DNA from: Lepidodermella squamata
Lineage: Eukaryota > Animalia > Gastrotricha
DNA length: 64,000 nucleotides
Reading direction: 5' to 3'
Assembly: GCA_047495785.1 (NCBI GenBank)
Contig: JBLDXI010000001.1
Span: 248,001-312,000, forward strand
The notes under the pieces were generated by a model. That model did no database searches, was not told the origin of the DNA, and worked only from the letters and a program-made list of their open reading frames with translations. Position numbers and translations under genes: made by a program. This document shows, one piece after another, positions 36,306-50,285 of the stretch; within the stretch, counting starts at the first letter, position 1, and each line of letters opens with the position of its first letter.

Positions 36306-37539
36306 ATGTGGGAAAACGAGGAAAGGTTTGCGCGAATTAAAATAAGATGAACGACAGAGTAATAATGTATTTTTCGCAGCTGGTATTTTCCTGAGCTGAA
36401 TCGAGAACAAGCTCGATCGATATTGGAAGGCGCTGAAATGGGATATTTCTTGGTTCGAGTGTCCAGTTCTGATCGGCCGGGCCCGGTTTTGTCAGTTTCC
36501 CATATCATCAACGGAGGCCAGAAAGTGATTCATTTTACCATTGCGCAAACTGCAGATGGGCGATTCTCGATTGGAGACCAATCATTTCCTACGTTACATG
36601 CAATTTTAATTCATTACCGAACAAATCCTCTGACCGACGACGGTTTGCTGAGGCTTACGAACCCTGCTGACGTCAAGTTGATTTCTCCTTTTACATGCAT
36701 GAGTTTTCTTTAGCTTTGCCTTGCGCAGATATTTTGCGAAGAATGATTGGTCTGCGAGCGAAGAAATGATTCAGAGAGTTTCGCTAGCTCTTCAACAAAC
36801 GCAGCCACCTCAAAATATGGCATTGCTGTCTGTGGAATGCGGGGAAATTCTTAAATTGGTAAAACGGAAGCCATTACTTGCGTCAGTTTTGTTGGAGGAT
36901 GCGTCCGATGCAAAATTTTGGTTGATGGTTAGTACGAAAAAACAAAACAGTCATGGAAACTTAAACACTTTTTTTCAGGAAAATCAAGATGGTATAACTG
37001 GTTTAGTGCCTAGCACTTGCCTTCTGGTGTATGTGCGATCAGAATACGAGTCTTTCATGCAACGCCAACGCTTTACCGAAAATGCCAAGAACGTTGAGGA
37101 AAACAACCTTATGAATCAGGTTATGCCTGAAATGCACCTACAGGCCGTCCCTAGTTTGCCGCCTCCGATTTCCGTAGCCCGGCCAGTCACGCTGAGTAGT
37201 CCTTTTACTGATCGTCGAATTGGATCTGTCCCTGCGGATGCAAATAATTCGATGAATTCAACCATTTTTGCTGCAAAACCTCTCAGTGCGGATCGTTTTG
37301 AATTGCCCTCCGCTTTCCCGGCCAAGGCAGTTGCTCTTCTTGACCGAAATCCGAATTTTTACGACAGATCACAACTGCGCTTCAAAAAAGGAGACATTTT
37401 GACGGTTTCAAAGCCATCGGCTGCGAATGCGTTTGGAGTGGAAGACTCGCTTGCTAACGGTTGGTCGGAAGCCTTTATCGAAGAAAATGGCCGAAAAGGT
37501 TTCATTCCATTGTTTTCGGCCTATATCAAATGGCTATGA
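36306..37539 (+). CDS. CRK: Crk/CED-2-like SH2-SH3-SH3 adaptor (divergent)
   Basis: SH2 begins SWYFPELNREQARSILEGAEMGYFLVRVSSS..PG.VLSV. The C-terminal SH3 carries the Crk-type RNPNFYDRSQLRFKKGD and GRKGFIP motifs. The middle SH3 is degenerate (YFAKNDW...FWLM...GITGLVPST). Confidence 0.75.
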
Positions 37540-37697
37540 CATCGCTTACATCTCAGTTATTTTATTGCTATTTATTATTTACTGTTCTTACTTTTTGCAA
37601 TACTTGAATATCTGCTTGACATTAAAATGCAAGGTGCTTAATAAATAGTTGACTTTCAATCGCATCTTAGAGTCCATTTTTAATATTTTATCGTACC

Positions 37698-40341
37698 ATG
37701 AGAAGCGAATCGCCAAATCAGTCGATTCTGCAGCTTGAAGAGCTGTCATCTATGCCGGTTAATCGATGCGACCCGTCGAACAAAGTTTGCATCAGTCCGT
37801 ACTCAAACACTGTTGCATTGGCGGTGTCTAATGGATTAGTTTTCATGGTAGGCGCTGGTGTATTCAAATTTATTCTGAAATCAACGTTCATGTGTATATA
37901 GTGCTTGCGGATTGAAAAGCCGGCCTCGGCCTACGAACACGAGATATTATCTGACGCGGTGCAGAACATCGGCAATTCTGATACCAGTAGTAATAGTAGC
38001 CCGAAGAGCAGCAAAGATGGCAGTGATTTACCGCTGTTTAGGACATCGTTACAGATTGTCTCTGTGGTTGAGATAGACTTCCAGCAGGAAGATCCGATCG
38101 CAAACTATCGACCTGGCTTTATCTATGGTCTAACACTAGGTGAGGAATCAAGCTAAATAAACTGTTGAAATTATATTTACGGATAAAATAGATAACTCGG
38201 AGGAGTATTACTACGACCGATTTTTATCGCAAAAGCCAGCTAGTAGACAGCAGGCACCGATAACGTTGAGTAGGAGTTTGTGTCGAACAAGTGGTGTAAG
38301 CATTACCAAGCTCGTCTCAGTGCTAGTAAACTTCGAAGACAACAGGTAATAAGGCCACAAATTGCTTTTGAGTTTTCTAATGTCTCTATGGATATTTTTA
38401 TTCAGCGAGTCTGCCTCAACTGGTCGCGAAGTTTTCCTTGCGCTTTCTTCAACTGGTGGTTGGTATCTTTTCGGAATGGTTGAATGGGCTGGAGCTGAAA
38501 AACCTGTATGGCAGCGTATTTTATCTTGGAAAGCTATTGCCGCCAGTGTTCACAAATCTCAGACTGCAGAGGCGCCTCGCAAGCCTTCCGACGTTAGTTC
38601 GAGTTATCTAAAAGCTGTGCATTCACTCTGTACGAGTGACCTGAGTCCGGCGGAATCCAATCGAGGTAAACTATTTGTATTCTCGCTCAATGGGCTCGGG
38701 CAATTGATGGCTTTGGAAATCGATGTGCTGTCTTGCTTTACAAATCCGAATCATGAACAGCAACGGGCGGTGAAAGTTTCGAAGGCAGTGACTTTGGACC
38801 TGGGTAGTAAGGCGGTTACGCTATGCTTCATCCCACATAGCCATTCGCTGGCTGTTGGTTGCGAAAACGGGAAGGTTGTCCTGCTGCAAAGTGTTTCTCC
38901 TTTCCAACCTGGTAACAGTGACGAAAATGTGACCTTGAGTGAAATAACTTTCGGAGGGACGCAAGTTCTTTGGTCCTACGCTGACGCGATAGTAGAATCG
39001 CTGACAGTCATCCCGACGATTCTCAAATCTACTCAATTGAAGAAATCTGAGTCATTCGTTTTGGTAGCCGCGAAAGGCTCTTTCCTCATTGCTTGGATCT
39101 TCCCAGGTGCGATTGTCGCCTATTGTCATATCGATTCGTATTCAATCGTTTCAATCAGCGTTTCCAGCCAGCTGTCTAGCAAGCATCAAGATGACATTTC
39201 ACATTTTGTGGTCACAACGCAGAAATCCGTGTTTTTGGCCTCGCTTAGGAAACTAGGTAATAACGACGCACAACTGACATGTGCTCGGATAATGACCGTC
39301 GATGAAATCTGCTCGCCTCTTGGTAACATATCTAGCACGACGATGAATGAAGGCGGAATAAGCGGAAATACCTCGATGGGACCAGCAAACGTTCTCGCTT
39401 CCCTCAATGACTCTTTCCGGCGACGGCATTTATCCATGAATCATTGGATTTTCCTGGGCTTTGCCGGGTCGCCCAGCTTCAACTATTTTGTCGCTGCTAC
39501 TGGGATATTTTGTCCTTGTAAAGCTTCAATCCTTCTTGCTCCGCCATTCTCGCTGAAAGCACTAGGACGAAAGCCTTTCAGTAAAGACTGCTCTCTTTCA
39601 ATCGCTGCTGATCACTCGACCTGGGACGAACCTATTTATCATTTGACACACTCGCTAAATTCGGAGAGTGACCTTATTGATCTGGCTCGTAAAGTTGAGA
39701 AGATTAACGATGTCCCTACTCTGCAGCGTAACTACTGCCTGCTGCTGAAAGCGTGTAATGCATACGCGAATGGCTGTCAGCAAGTCTCGCCGCCACAGCA
39801 ACTTACTACCGCAAAGTACTTCGTTAAGCGAAAGCTTATGAAAGCCCATCTCGAAAACTTGGTCAACAAGTTGCTCCCCTTGGAGATTGAAAGCGAGCAA
39901 AATTTATCGAAAGTGCATGGCTTCTTCCATGACTTGTCCTCCCTTTGTGATGAAATGAACGTTAAAGGTCCGGTGAGGATGAAGCAGCTTTTAAACTCGA
40001 TGGGTAGCTCTGCTTCACTTGCTCGCCATGATTGCCCTGTTTGCAATACGACTCTAACGACGAAGGCTGTTCAGCCTCCTGCTATTCCTAGCAGAGATGC
40101 TGCGGTCATCAAATGCGTCTGCTCAAACAATCACGTCATCCCATGCTGCTCAAAAACACTCATGCCATACCAAGTTGGAGAATCTGTGTCTCGATACCAA
40201 ATGCCTGTTTTTTGTATCAACTGCTGCGAACCGATGCTTCGAGTAAAGTCGCCGCAAGCTGGAAATTGCTTTTTAGAACGATGTTTTAATTCGATTCTAT
40301 GTCTTCCCTGTGTTTATTGTGGTTCTATTACGTTGCCATGA
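37698..40341 (+). CDS. GTF3C4: TFIIIC 90-kDa/delta subunit-like protein (beta-propeller-like N-terminus, C-terminal Cys-rich zinc finger); multi-exon
   Basis: Long beta-rich region, then CPVC...CxNNH...CCxxT...CxxC...CVYC, which resembles the zf-TFIIIC pattern. The 5' exon structure is approximate. Confidence 0.6.
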
Positions 40342-40621
40342 CATGTCTTATTTTTGATTGGTTGCCTTCTTGAAATAAAATCAACAACAGCACATTATCA
40401 CCTTCATTTTATTGAGAAAATAACTTACGATGAAACCAAAACAAACATATTTGGTCGTAAAATATTATTTTTGAAAGAAAGCGAGCGGCATAGCAGAAAA
40501 ATATAGCGCTGATTGGGCTTCTTTCATCAAAAACATTGTGACAGACCATTGAGCAGCACTTAACGCATAACTCCAAAATAAGAAAGCTCGATAGGTAATA
40601 TGAAGAGCCACAAAGATAAAT

Positions 40622-42378
40622 TCAAGAAACACAAACGTCAGATTCTAAAGATTCCTTGTCTTTTCTGGGTGCACATTTTTCGTCCGCTAGCAATGATGAA
40701 CTTTCGCCAAAAACGATGGAATTAGGCGATGGAATAGTTTCGCCAACCGAAGCCTCAACCGGTGAGCCAGCATTAATAACATCTTCCCGCTCAGGAATCT
40801 CTATGTCTGTTGTTGGAAGGCGATGTTCGCTCTTGATGATACGGTTGATGGAATCTATGAACCAGCTCATCGTAGTCTCGGTGCAATTTGCAATAAATCG
40901 AATGAATGGCCGAATATCTCCCGCGTTGGCGATTTTCAATGTTTTGTAATAATCGTCCCGATCGTCCAGACGAACTACAACTGGAGGATAACCTGAATGC
41001 AGTAGAATTAAGTTGAGCAGCAAACGAGATGTTCTTCCATTGCCATCTTTGAAGGGATGTATGATGGCAAGTTTGTAATGCGCGATTGCAGCCAGCTCGA
41101 TTGGATGAAGCATAAGAGCAGCAGCTGCGGAGTTTTAATTAAATTATTACGCAAAATCAATGATAACTAATTTCATTACGAGAATTTAACCACTCAACAA
41201 ATTCGGTAAGCAAGCCTTGAAGACTGTCAGCTGGTGGTGGTGTATAAGATGCAATATACACTGAATCGGAAAATAATAATTACCTATAGGTTAAAAATTA
41301 CAGTAAAAAAATACCTTGATTAGTCCTCAAACGGCCCGCATTAAATGGATCCACATAGGCCATTACGCGATAATGAATGTCAAGAATATCTTCCAATTCA
41401 ATATGACCTCGTCTTCTGAGTAAATTAGTGCTTATGAATTGCAATGCAGCGTCCAACCCTGCCAATACACATTTAACAGAGACGTTTATAGCAGCGCATA
41501 CCAATCTTACCAATAACTTCTTGGTGCTCAATGACACTTTTGCCCCCAACAGCACGGCCAGTTTCCAGGACATAACGGGCTTCATGAAGACTCAAGGTAT
41601 TGCCCTCAATCGCAACGGTGTGAAAAATATGCAAAAAGTAATTTTCGTGCTTTGCATTTATCACAGCGGCATTTGTCCCAGTCTGGCTGGCGAGACTAAG
41701 AAGAAGATCGCGCTTTGCGTCAAGTGTGGCGAATATCTTTCTATCGATTTCTGCAACTAGTGGGCTACAAACACAATTCTAACAACATGGAAGGTATCAC
41801 GCTTTCACTGACCTGAGCCTCTCGTGAGCCTGATAAGCGCGTTGAAAAGTACCATCAATTGCCAATGCTCTGGTATATAAATGATCAGCCAGGGTTATAT
41901 CGCGTGACGTGTGCTCAACAAATTCGGCGAATTCAGCTAGGAGATCAGGTCTTTCAGGGTTTAATAGTAAGGCGCGCTCGTACAATTTTCTAGCCTTATC
42001 TAAGCGTCCATTCAATGAAAGCTGCCGAGCCATACGAGCTAAAACGCTAGCTTCAGTTTTAAGATGCAGTTCAACCTCCTCCGGTTGAACCAACAAGTTG
42101 GGCCGCTGTGACCCATTGGACATATCCGCTCCAAAGACAGTCTCAGCATTCACATTAAGCAAATCTTGATGAGCGAAAAGCGGTTGCTTCCTCCGATCCA
42201 AGAGTTCGAAAGAGTTGTCCAAACTGAAAACGTTAGCACTTGGAGACAACCCTCTGAAGAGCGTCAGGCCGTGTTCGTCACGGTGAAGCTTCTCAGCCTG
42301 GCCACTTTTTCGCCAAAAATATAAAGCTCCAGCGCAAAGTAAAATCAAGATTCCCAGAGATATCAGAATAGGTTTCAT
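40622..42378 (-). CDS. FICD: Protein adenylyltransferase FICD/HYPE; multi-exon
   Basis: N-terminal TM ([22 protein letters not shown]), TPR pair ([12 protein letters not shown]...ADHLYTRAL), autoinhibitory [10 protein letters not shown] and Fic motif [12 protein letters not shown]. Confidence 0.95.
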
Positions 42379-45300
42379 GCTGAGAGAGCGTGCAAGAATC
42401 AATCAATATTCAACAACAAAAGCTTTAAGCAAGATACCCATGGCCTCAAGGCTAAGCCAAGTTTCTAGCTCTACATCCCGAGGCTCAGCTCTAACCATCA
42501 GCTGGCGCTATAAATTGGACACGTTAGCGCCAAACCCTAAGCTTCAAGATTTTTCTGAGCTTCAACAAATTTACAAAGGCAAAGTAATTTAAACAATTAT
42601 TAAAAAATGTAATACAAATTAGCAGCAAATTATTTGTTGCATGCGATTATGGAGAGTTCGTCGAGTTCAGAGGTCGAGTTAGCTGCTGTTAGTTGCGGTG
42701 GTTTTTGTAGACCCTGCTTGTAGACTTGAGTTGACTCTGGTACACAGAATGTTCAGCAAAAACCAACATCAGATTAGACACATTCAGCCCTCTCATATCC
42801 ATTCAGACCATGAGCGCTCAGTGCTCACCGTTGAGATTGAACCTGTTCTGTTTCTTCAATGGAATCTGGTCTGCAGGAACCTGAAGGTTTGAAGATTGAA
42901 GAATAAAACTCCAGCGTCCAGTGTCGTTCGCTGACAGCGGCATGCCTTAATCCTGTGAGTTTGCTCAATAAGTGCCGATCTCCAAGTTCCAAACATCGCT
43001 ACGTCTGGTGAGGACGTGATTCGGTTATGAAATTGATTGTGCCACAATACTGTCGTTTCTTTTTGTGCATTGAATCAACCTGCACTCATTTTCAACTACT
43101 CAACCGAGATGCTGTCATAAATGAAGCTCGCTATATTGGTAGCACATTCACAGCAGACATTGTTAGTTCGAAGCGGTGGTCAAGAAAGGTCGTCAAGAAA
43201 GCGTCGGCTTGGAGCGTCGGTGCATTGCAATGCGTTAGTTACAATGGCTAGCATTTGAGCGCTGCCACATTTAGCTTTACTTTACTATGATCCACACAAT
43301 CCTGAAATACGAATAGGTATATATTCATTACTTAATTCTAGTGAAACGCAGCTGGAAATATTTTCATTTGCATTTGTATGATAACGCCCAAATGAGCTCA
43401 GCTATGAGACAAGTTGATCAATGAAATCTGTTAAAACAACGTGTCAAAGTGAGTTGATCTTCGCTTGATAAAATGGTGACCTCCAAATATTGAAAAAACC
43501 GTCTTGAACGTTACCCCGACCTAGCCTACAGTTTGCCTGCCCTCATACCTTGGGGACCTCGGATCCCCAAGGAAGCAAATTAAATCATTGGCCAGAGGAA
43601 AAGCCCTAATGTCAAAGACGATTTGCCAATCCTTAGACAATAGTTGCGGGTCGAGATAAGCGTAAGGGAGAACGTTTTTGAAGAAAATAAGTTTGTGTTC
43701 TGATAGCGTTCTGATTGGTAAAAAAAAATTCTAACAGGCGAAAACTAAGTTTTTCCTGTCCTACGGCTGATCTCAAGAGCCAAATCGATAATACCTACCA
43801 TTTGGACCAAATAAAGATGAGTCTTTTCTTTGTTGTTGATTCTTTCATTTGTCCTCAATTCCGCAACAGCTAGCAGCTGTGCAATTATCTGTTTATTCTT
43901 AATGACTTGTCTAGCTGCCCTCTCCCCCGCTGTATAAATATATATATAGAAGTCAAGTCAAAACGCTATATTTTGAAAATTTTAATTATATTTGCAGCCA
44001 CATTTCAGCTGGTTTTAACTCAGCCTAATAGCAAAATTCTGAAACTTGCAACGCTACTTGGTACACAACCCCTAGATATTTCACTAATTGCCGTGCATTG
44101 ATGTGACAGGGCGCCTTAATGAATTTAACCATGAACTCGAATTCGAAGACTTTTTGCAGCTTCAAACGCGTCACTTCTAATCGGAAGACTGAAATGGACG
44201 TGTGCAAGACGCGGAACTAATGAAGGAGTTTATTGTTATCAATGGTGATCAACCCTACTTGCTGCTTTTTATCAGGTGTGTAACCCACCCACGCAGCTAA
44301 CAAAGCTTGACGTGTATCGATAACTTGTTCTCACGGCGCGTCTTCGCTTGCGCGCTCGTGCGAAGCGACCAAACCCTAAATTGAAGGGGCGTGTCGCGCT
44401 CGAGCGCCTTCTGAGCAGCTTTCCAAACAATCACAGTATAATAATAATTGGAAAATCAAAACATCTCAGCAATACTTGTGAATTATCATGTACAATTGAA
44501 CTTGGGATTAATATATATCACGAATATGGACGCTGTGTTCGCAGCCCGCCTCCGAAATGCCTTAATCAGGATGAGCTCGTGATAGGATCACCGCTGATAA
44601 ATCGTTATTTTATATATTTAGCTAACATGAGAGATCATGAATAAGCGCATCATTAATCAACCATGCTCAGTCACTGTTTACAAGCACATGGCTGCTGAAC
44701 TTTGTCGCCGTTAATCCTGCAGCTTTGACTGCATAAATGACTGCTCAGGTATGTTGTAATTTGTGATCGCTGCGTCTCGATACGCACGATTTGGCCACTC
44801 GAGTGTTTTAAAATACCCATCGCTTTGACTCATCATAGAGCACGCCATACACAAAAGTATTAAAAACGTTTTTTTTGAGCCAAATAAATTAGCGCTCCTT
44901 GCTCATCGGCTTGATATCCCAAACATAATCCTAATTGGCTATTCAGTAAAGGCCGCAATTTCCAATTGAACAAAAGCTGTCGCAGGAAAATGATAATTCC
45001 TAATTGAAGGTCGTTTCCTCTAAATACTTTTGTTGAAATCAAATTCACCTTTCCTCCCCCTTAAATTTGAGTCCTAGCGCTAGAACTCCTAAATAAATCA
45101 TCTTGAAATTCCTATTCATTTGAGTACTCGCATCCCTACTTCTAGATTTATTACCACCTATGTCGCTAATTTGTTGTTATAATTTAGGACTTAATCGCTG
45201 ATAATTGTCATTTTGAATTTCGGGAGAAACATCTGTTTTCTAAAATAAGCTCGTTTAATCAGATGAGTGCGCTGATGATTGGCGAGCAGAGCTGGTTGTC

Positions 45301-46294
45301 CTGAAAAATCCGAAGCCGAGACAGGTGCTACCAAGCAGCTCGTTATTTCCAAGTCGCACCATTTCCGATATTGGCGTGCAACTGCAGAGGCGCAACATCC
45401 GCAGCTCACCGTGCAAATAAGATATCCGCTACATTACCACTTACCGTCATTATCGGCTGCATATAATCGCAAAGTCGTTGTCACTACGAGGCGTTGTCAA
45501 AAATACAGCCTGTCTTCTTTCTGGATATAGGTGTGGTGTGTTTATGCTGTACGAAAGTGTATATGCATCAGCCGAGACGCATCCGTTACTTGCCACATCA
45601 CACCTTTTCGCCCGTTTATCGTGTCGCGCACACATCCTGAGCTTTTTACCCGCAGCACGAATATCATAGTGGCAATTGGTGTCATTATCGTCATCAACTC
45701 GAGGCAAAATTGCGATAATTGCCGGAATTGAGGCGAAAAGGCATCGACTTCAAGACGGCGACACCAGCTCAAAAGCAGCCTATCACAGCAAGCTCCTCTA
45801 AATAATTCCTAATATATGATAATAAATACACTAGGATAATATGACGGAAAATAGAAGTGCATCCACCACTCTGCACCGTCATCCATAACAATAACATGCG
45901 CGCGATATTTCGACTTGGAAACATTAGCAACCAGGGAGCGAGTAACACGGCATTTTAACCGTCGCTCCTCGGCATTATTAGAGAAGCATTTGAAAGCCGT
46001 TCCGTCTTTCTCTTGATTCAAGTAAACCTATAACCTTATCCAATTCGCTTCTTCGAACGCACGCGTCTTGATATTTCACCAGGCCTTACCTTTGCTGCGA
46101 TGAGCCCGCAATTTAGAGCGATATGCCTAAAAGATTTGAAAGCATATCATATAATGCTTTCACATAACACAGCTAATGTTTCTTCTTTAATTTTATCCTT
46201 CTATAGGCGCGTTCTCGTGCTCTGTTTTGTTTTTTACTTTTATGCAGGATACTTCGAAGCAATTTCCAAAACTTTGAAACGAGTTTGATTTGCC

Positions 46295-48938
46295 ATGAAG
46301 TCCCCCCCTTCGCCAACATCAAAGCATCGTCACATGGCTCACTCGAACAACGCGCAGTCTCACCACCATAGCCACGCGCAGTTCAGTTCAGGAGGCAGCG
46401 CTGCTGTTCCAAGCAGCAATGAGCCCAATGTTGGGTTGCTGTCCTCGCCACCGCTATCGCCTACAGCCTCTCTGAAGCAAGCTGATGGGCAAATTACGTC
46501 AAGTCCTTTGGACAACAAAATTAGTGCGCCGATTAGGTGCGCATTACCGAATCGAAGCGGATTTTCGACTTCGTCAAATCCACATTCAATTACATCGATA
46601 CTGGGCTTCCCCTCGCCGCCATCAACAGCCGTGAGCTCCGGCGGTACCTCTATCGAGTATTCTGCTGCTTCAAAAAGTTAGTCTTTGCACTTAAGCTATA
46701 TAGGTTGTCATGCATTCATCATCGGTTTTACTTAAGCCTTTGTGCACGACTATTTTTTGAGCTCAATTTTTAATGTGAACTAAATTTAGACTCTGGATCA
46801 TCTGGGTCCGGATCGAGGATATCGGCAAATCGCCATCAAACTGGACATGATAATCATGCGCATCATGATAAGACAAAATCGGGTGCCGTTGTCCATAGCC
46901 ACAAAATTACGAATCCGAGTGGTTCGGGCAGTGGCAGCGGTAGTTCGGGTCACCATCGCGCTGGCCATAAAAATGCGAACACTCCATCGTCGACGAATTT
47001 GAGTGGAAATGGTGGCCCACCGTCGCCTATGACATCTCTTGAGCTTCGAGAGAATGTCAACGCGTGGCTTGCGAGATCTCCGCAGCCACCAGGTGCGGTG
47101 AATTCATCAAGTGATGAAAACGAGAAGGCTCAACAGAGCAGCAGTGATGAAAACGATAAGTTACCGCCAAATAGCAGCGACAACGCGGCAAATAGTAGCA
47201 ATAGCAATAGCAGCAATCCTGAAGATAGCTCGGAGCAAGTTTTCCGCATTAATAATAAAAAGAGCGCGAATGAAAATGCAGCACAGTCATTTTCGTCCCC
47301 ATCGACATCAGAGACTCCTGACCCCGAATCGTCCCCTGACCAAGAGACAAAGGGCGCGGCAACGGCGCCATCGAAGCCAGATTTGGTTGAATCTGGAATC
47401 GTTCATCAAAAACCCCACGCTAAAGCTCACCATCAAGTGCCCTCGTCATCCATCACCGACCAAACGTCGAATCTGCACATTTCGACGGGACAATCTGCGC
47501 TCCAAGCACACCAAAATCAATTGCGACAGCTAGATTTAGGAATGACCCAGCAACAGCTACAAGCAGGTGCACAGCAGCAAATCAACGAGCAGAATGCTCA
47601 TTTGTACAGCTTTATTGTCAACTATCTGGCGTCCCAGTCAAATTTACTTGCACAGCAACAGCAAGCGGCTGTCGCGATAGAAACTTCAACGAATGCTGCT
47701 CGAGCGGCAGAATCGCTAATTAATGCCCAACAAGCCCCAATGTTGCCTGCCGCAGCAGCAGGTTAGTATTTTCGATTTAAAGTAGTGGGAGAAAGAAACT
47801 ATGAATTTGGTTTTTTTCAGATTGTTTCCCAGTTATGTTTCCAAGCAGCAGCCTTATGGTACCTTTTGGCATTCCCAGCCCTGGCTATCCTATGCAACAT
47901 GGTAAACAAAAAGCACAAAATATGTTGACCTTATTCTATATATGCTATCCCAACAGTTGGTGATAATTTACCATTCGGCAGTTTGAATTATTCTGATCCT
48001 AACAATCCGTCCCACGGCGAGGCAAACCAAGCAGCCGCGATGTTGGCTGCTTTCGGTGGTCAGCAGCACTTGATACATCCATCATTGCAGCATGCAGTAG
48101 GTAATCCGCTGTTTCCGCCGAATCCTGGAGCAAACGCGGCAGTCTCTCAGCTGATGTACCAACGTTGGGCTGCAGCTACGGCTATGGCAATGATGTCACG
48201 CCAACGGCTTCGTCGAACAGTTGTACGCCGAGCTGTTTTCACCGAAGAACAACGGAAAAGATTGGAAAAGACGTTTCAGCGAAGCAAATACATCAGCCGA
48301 TCTGAGCGGAAGAAGCTGGCTGAAGATTTGATTCTGAAAGAATCTCAAGTAAGCGATGATGAAGCAGCATTTAGCAATGTCATATATGGTTCATTTTTTA
48401 GGTAAAAATATGGTTCCAAAATCGAAGGATGAAGTGGCGGTCTTCGGCGCAATCGGCAGCGTCTCCGAATAATATATCAGGTGTTTCGGCTGCACCCATG
48501 TCATCTGATGGTCATTTGGATTCACCTGCCGGAGCGTTGATCAACATGACCGCTCTTGATTCGGATAGATATAGAGAAAAGCAGTGCAAATCAAGCGTTA
48601 AAGTTGAAATATATGACAGCAGTGACGAAGACGACGCTACTAGTGGCAACAACTTGCGGAAAATCGCGATCGATAAATATCAACACGTTGTAGACGATGA
48701 AATGACGTCAAGTGACAACGAGGATGCCAGCAGTATCATGGACCATGAAGGCGACCAGGCTGATAGCCCCATACCTGGTTCATCACATTTCACACCTATG
48801 GAGCTGGTTGGTGGGAATGACCATGTTCAACCGGTTGCTTATAATCAGTTGTTGCACAACGGCATTCTTATGGACTCGTCTGTGGCAAGTTCTACAAAGT
48901 TTCCAGCGCTGCATCAGGGAGGAGATTGCCAACAATAA
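46295..48938 (+). CDS. DBX: Dbx-family homeobox protein (~787 aa, 5 exons)
   Basis: Homeodomain RRAVFTEEQRKRLEKTFQRSKYISRSERKKLAEDLILKESQ|VKIWFQNRRMKWRSS has the Dbx-type RRAVF...KYIS...RKKLA...RRMKWR pattern. Exons 46295-46676, 46790-47761, 47821-47901, 47957-48348 and 48402-48938 join in frame. An eh1-like HSITSILG lies in exon 1. Confidence 0.85.
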
Positions 48939-50285
48939 ACAAACCTATATGTAAACCTATAAAATACCATCTTCAGTTTCTTAAATTTAGCAAAAAACGT
49001 CTCGAAGGACATTTTCGTTGGAGAAATTCAACCTGAACCAGAGCGGAGTACCGTATCACCGGGAAACGTATATACAATTTTGATGGACATTGCTATTTCT
49101 ATTCGCTAACAGCAGCATTAATTTGTGTTTTCAAGTTGCTTATTGCGATTATTCCGACATAAAGTGGGATACTAATTCTAAAATTTCGGTGTCGAAGTTC
49201 TGAAAAGTCAAATTGATCGTGACAAATGCGTGCGGAATTGTTTCCTTGCTAAACGAAATAGATGCGAATTTATAACTTATTGTTATTATTTTTGTAATCC
49301 TTTGCTTTTTTATTCTCCTTAGAAGTTTCTATCATCTATGAGGATTTTTCCAGTTTATTCTATTTTCATTATAACATTGGACTGATTTGACTGGGACAGT
49401 TAATCGAGTCGATTCACTACATTTCATCTGTTAATTATTTCCTGTTTTGATGCCAACAATAAACAGCATGAGTTCTTGTGGAAACATTTTTAAGAAATAT
49501 TTTTTATTTTTCAGTTCGTCGACCTTTTAATATCATTAAACCAAGGCTTCAAAGGTGCAAGGGGCATGAATATATATCTCTGGTTACTCCAGAGCGGCGC
49601 CGCGAATGATTCATCTTATTCGAATAGTATTGTATACGACGTAATTTTCGTTGTGTTTTTATTTTCGTGATTCCAGTTTTCGAGCCTAAACTCAAATTTT
49701 CGTGGTTACATTGGGAAATTGAGAAATCCTCAACAAAAATGAGGGTAAATAACCACAAAACTCCATTTAAATAGCTCATTTCCACACAATTCTACCCTAA
49801 TTTTTTAATCATTTTAACTGTAGCCGCCGCAGAATTATTCATTAACCTCTGAAGCTACCTAAAACTTCCCAAAAATGAGTAAAAACATTTCTGCGCATTT
49901 AAAGTGAAAAATAAAGTATAAAATTTCGTGGTTTTTTGCCTTGATAACGAAAATTAAGTCGCAACGAAAAATACGTCATAGAATACGAATATCAATAAAC
50001 CTTAACTTGTCCCACGTTAGGAACCGTCCCACATTGTGCGACTTTACCCTATAAAGTATTACGATTACGGAGTTATAAAATGAGGCATCTCCAACCAACT
50101 GAATCTCTAGATGATACTTTAATCCGGTTAGAACAGATTGAAGGCGTTGAAAAACTTCACGGAAAGTAAATCATCATTTATTCATCGAAACTTGAGACCA
50201 TTCGACCCTGGCTAACAAAAATGTCCTCCAATATTATGTTCTTTCGAACTTAATTTATATGAATTGAATCGGCACAAAGTTTTGT

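Noticed and set aside
42600-43300. Possible small gene upstream of FICD
   Set aside because: All frames I tried are interrupted by stops and show no recognisable motif.
50005-50055. TIR-like end (GTCCCACATTGTGCGACTTTACCCTA)
   Set aside because: No matching inverted partner was found in the window; at most a solo remnant.
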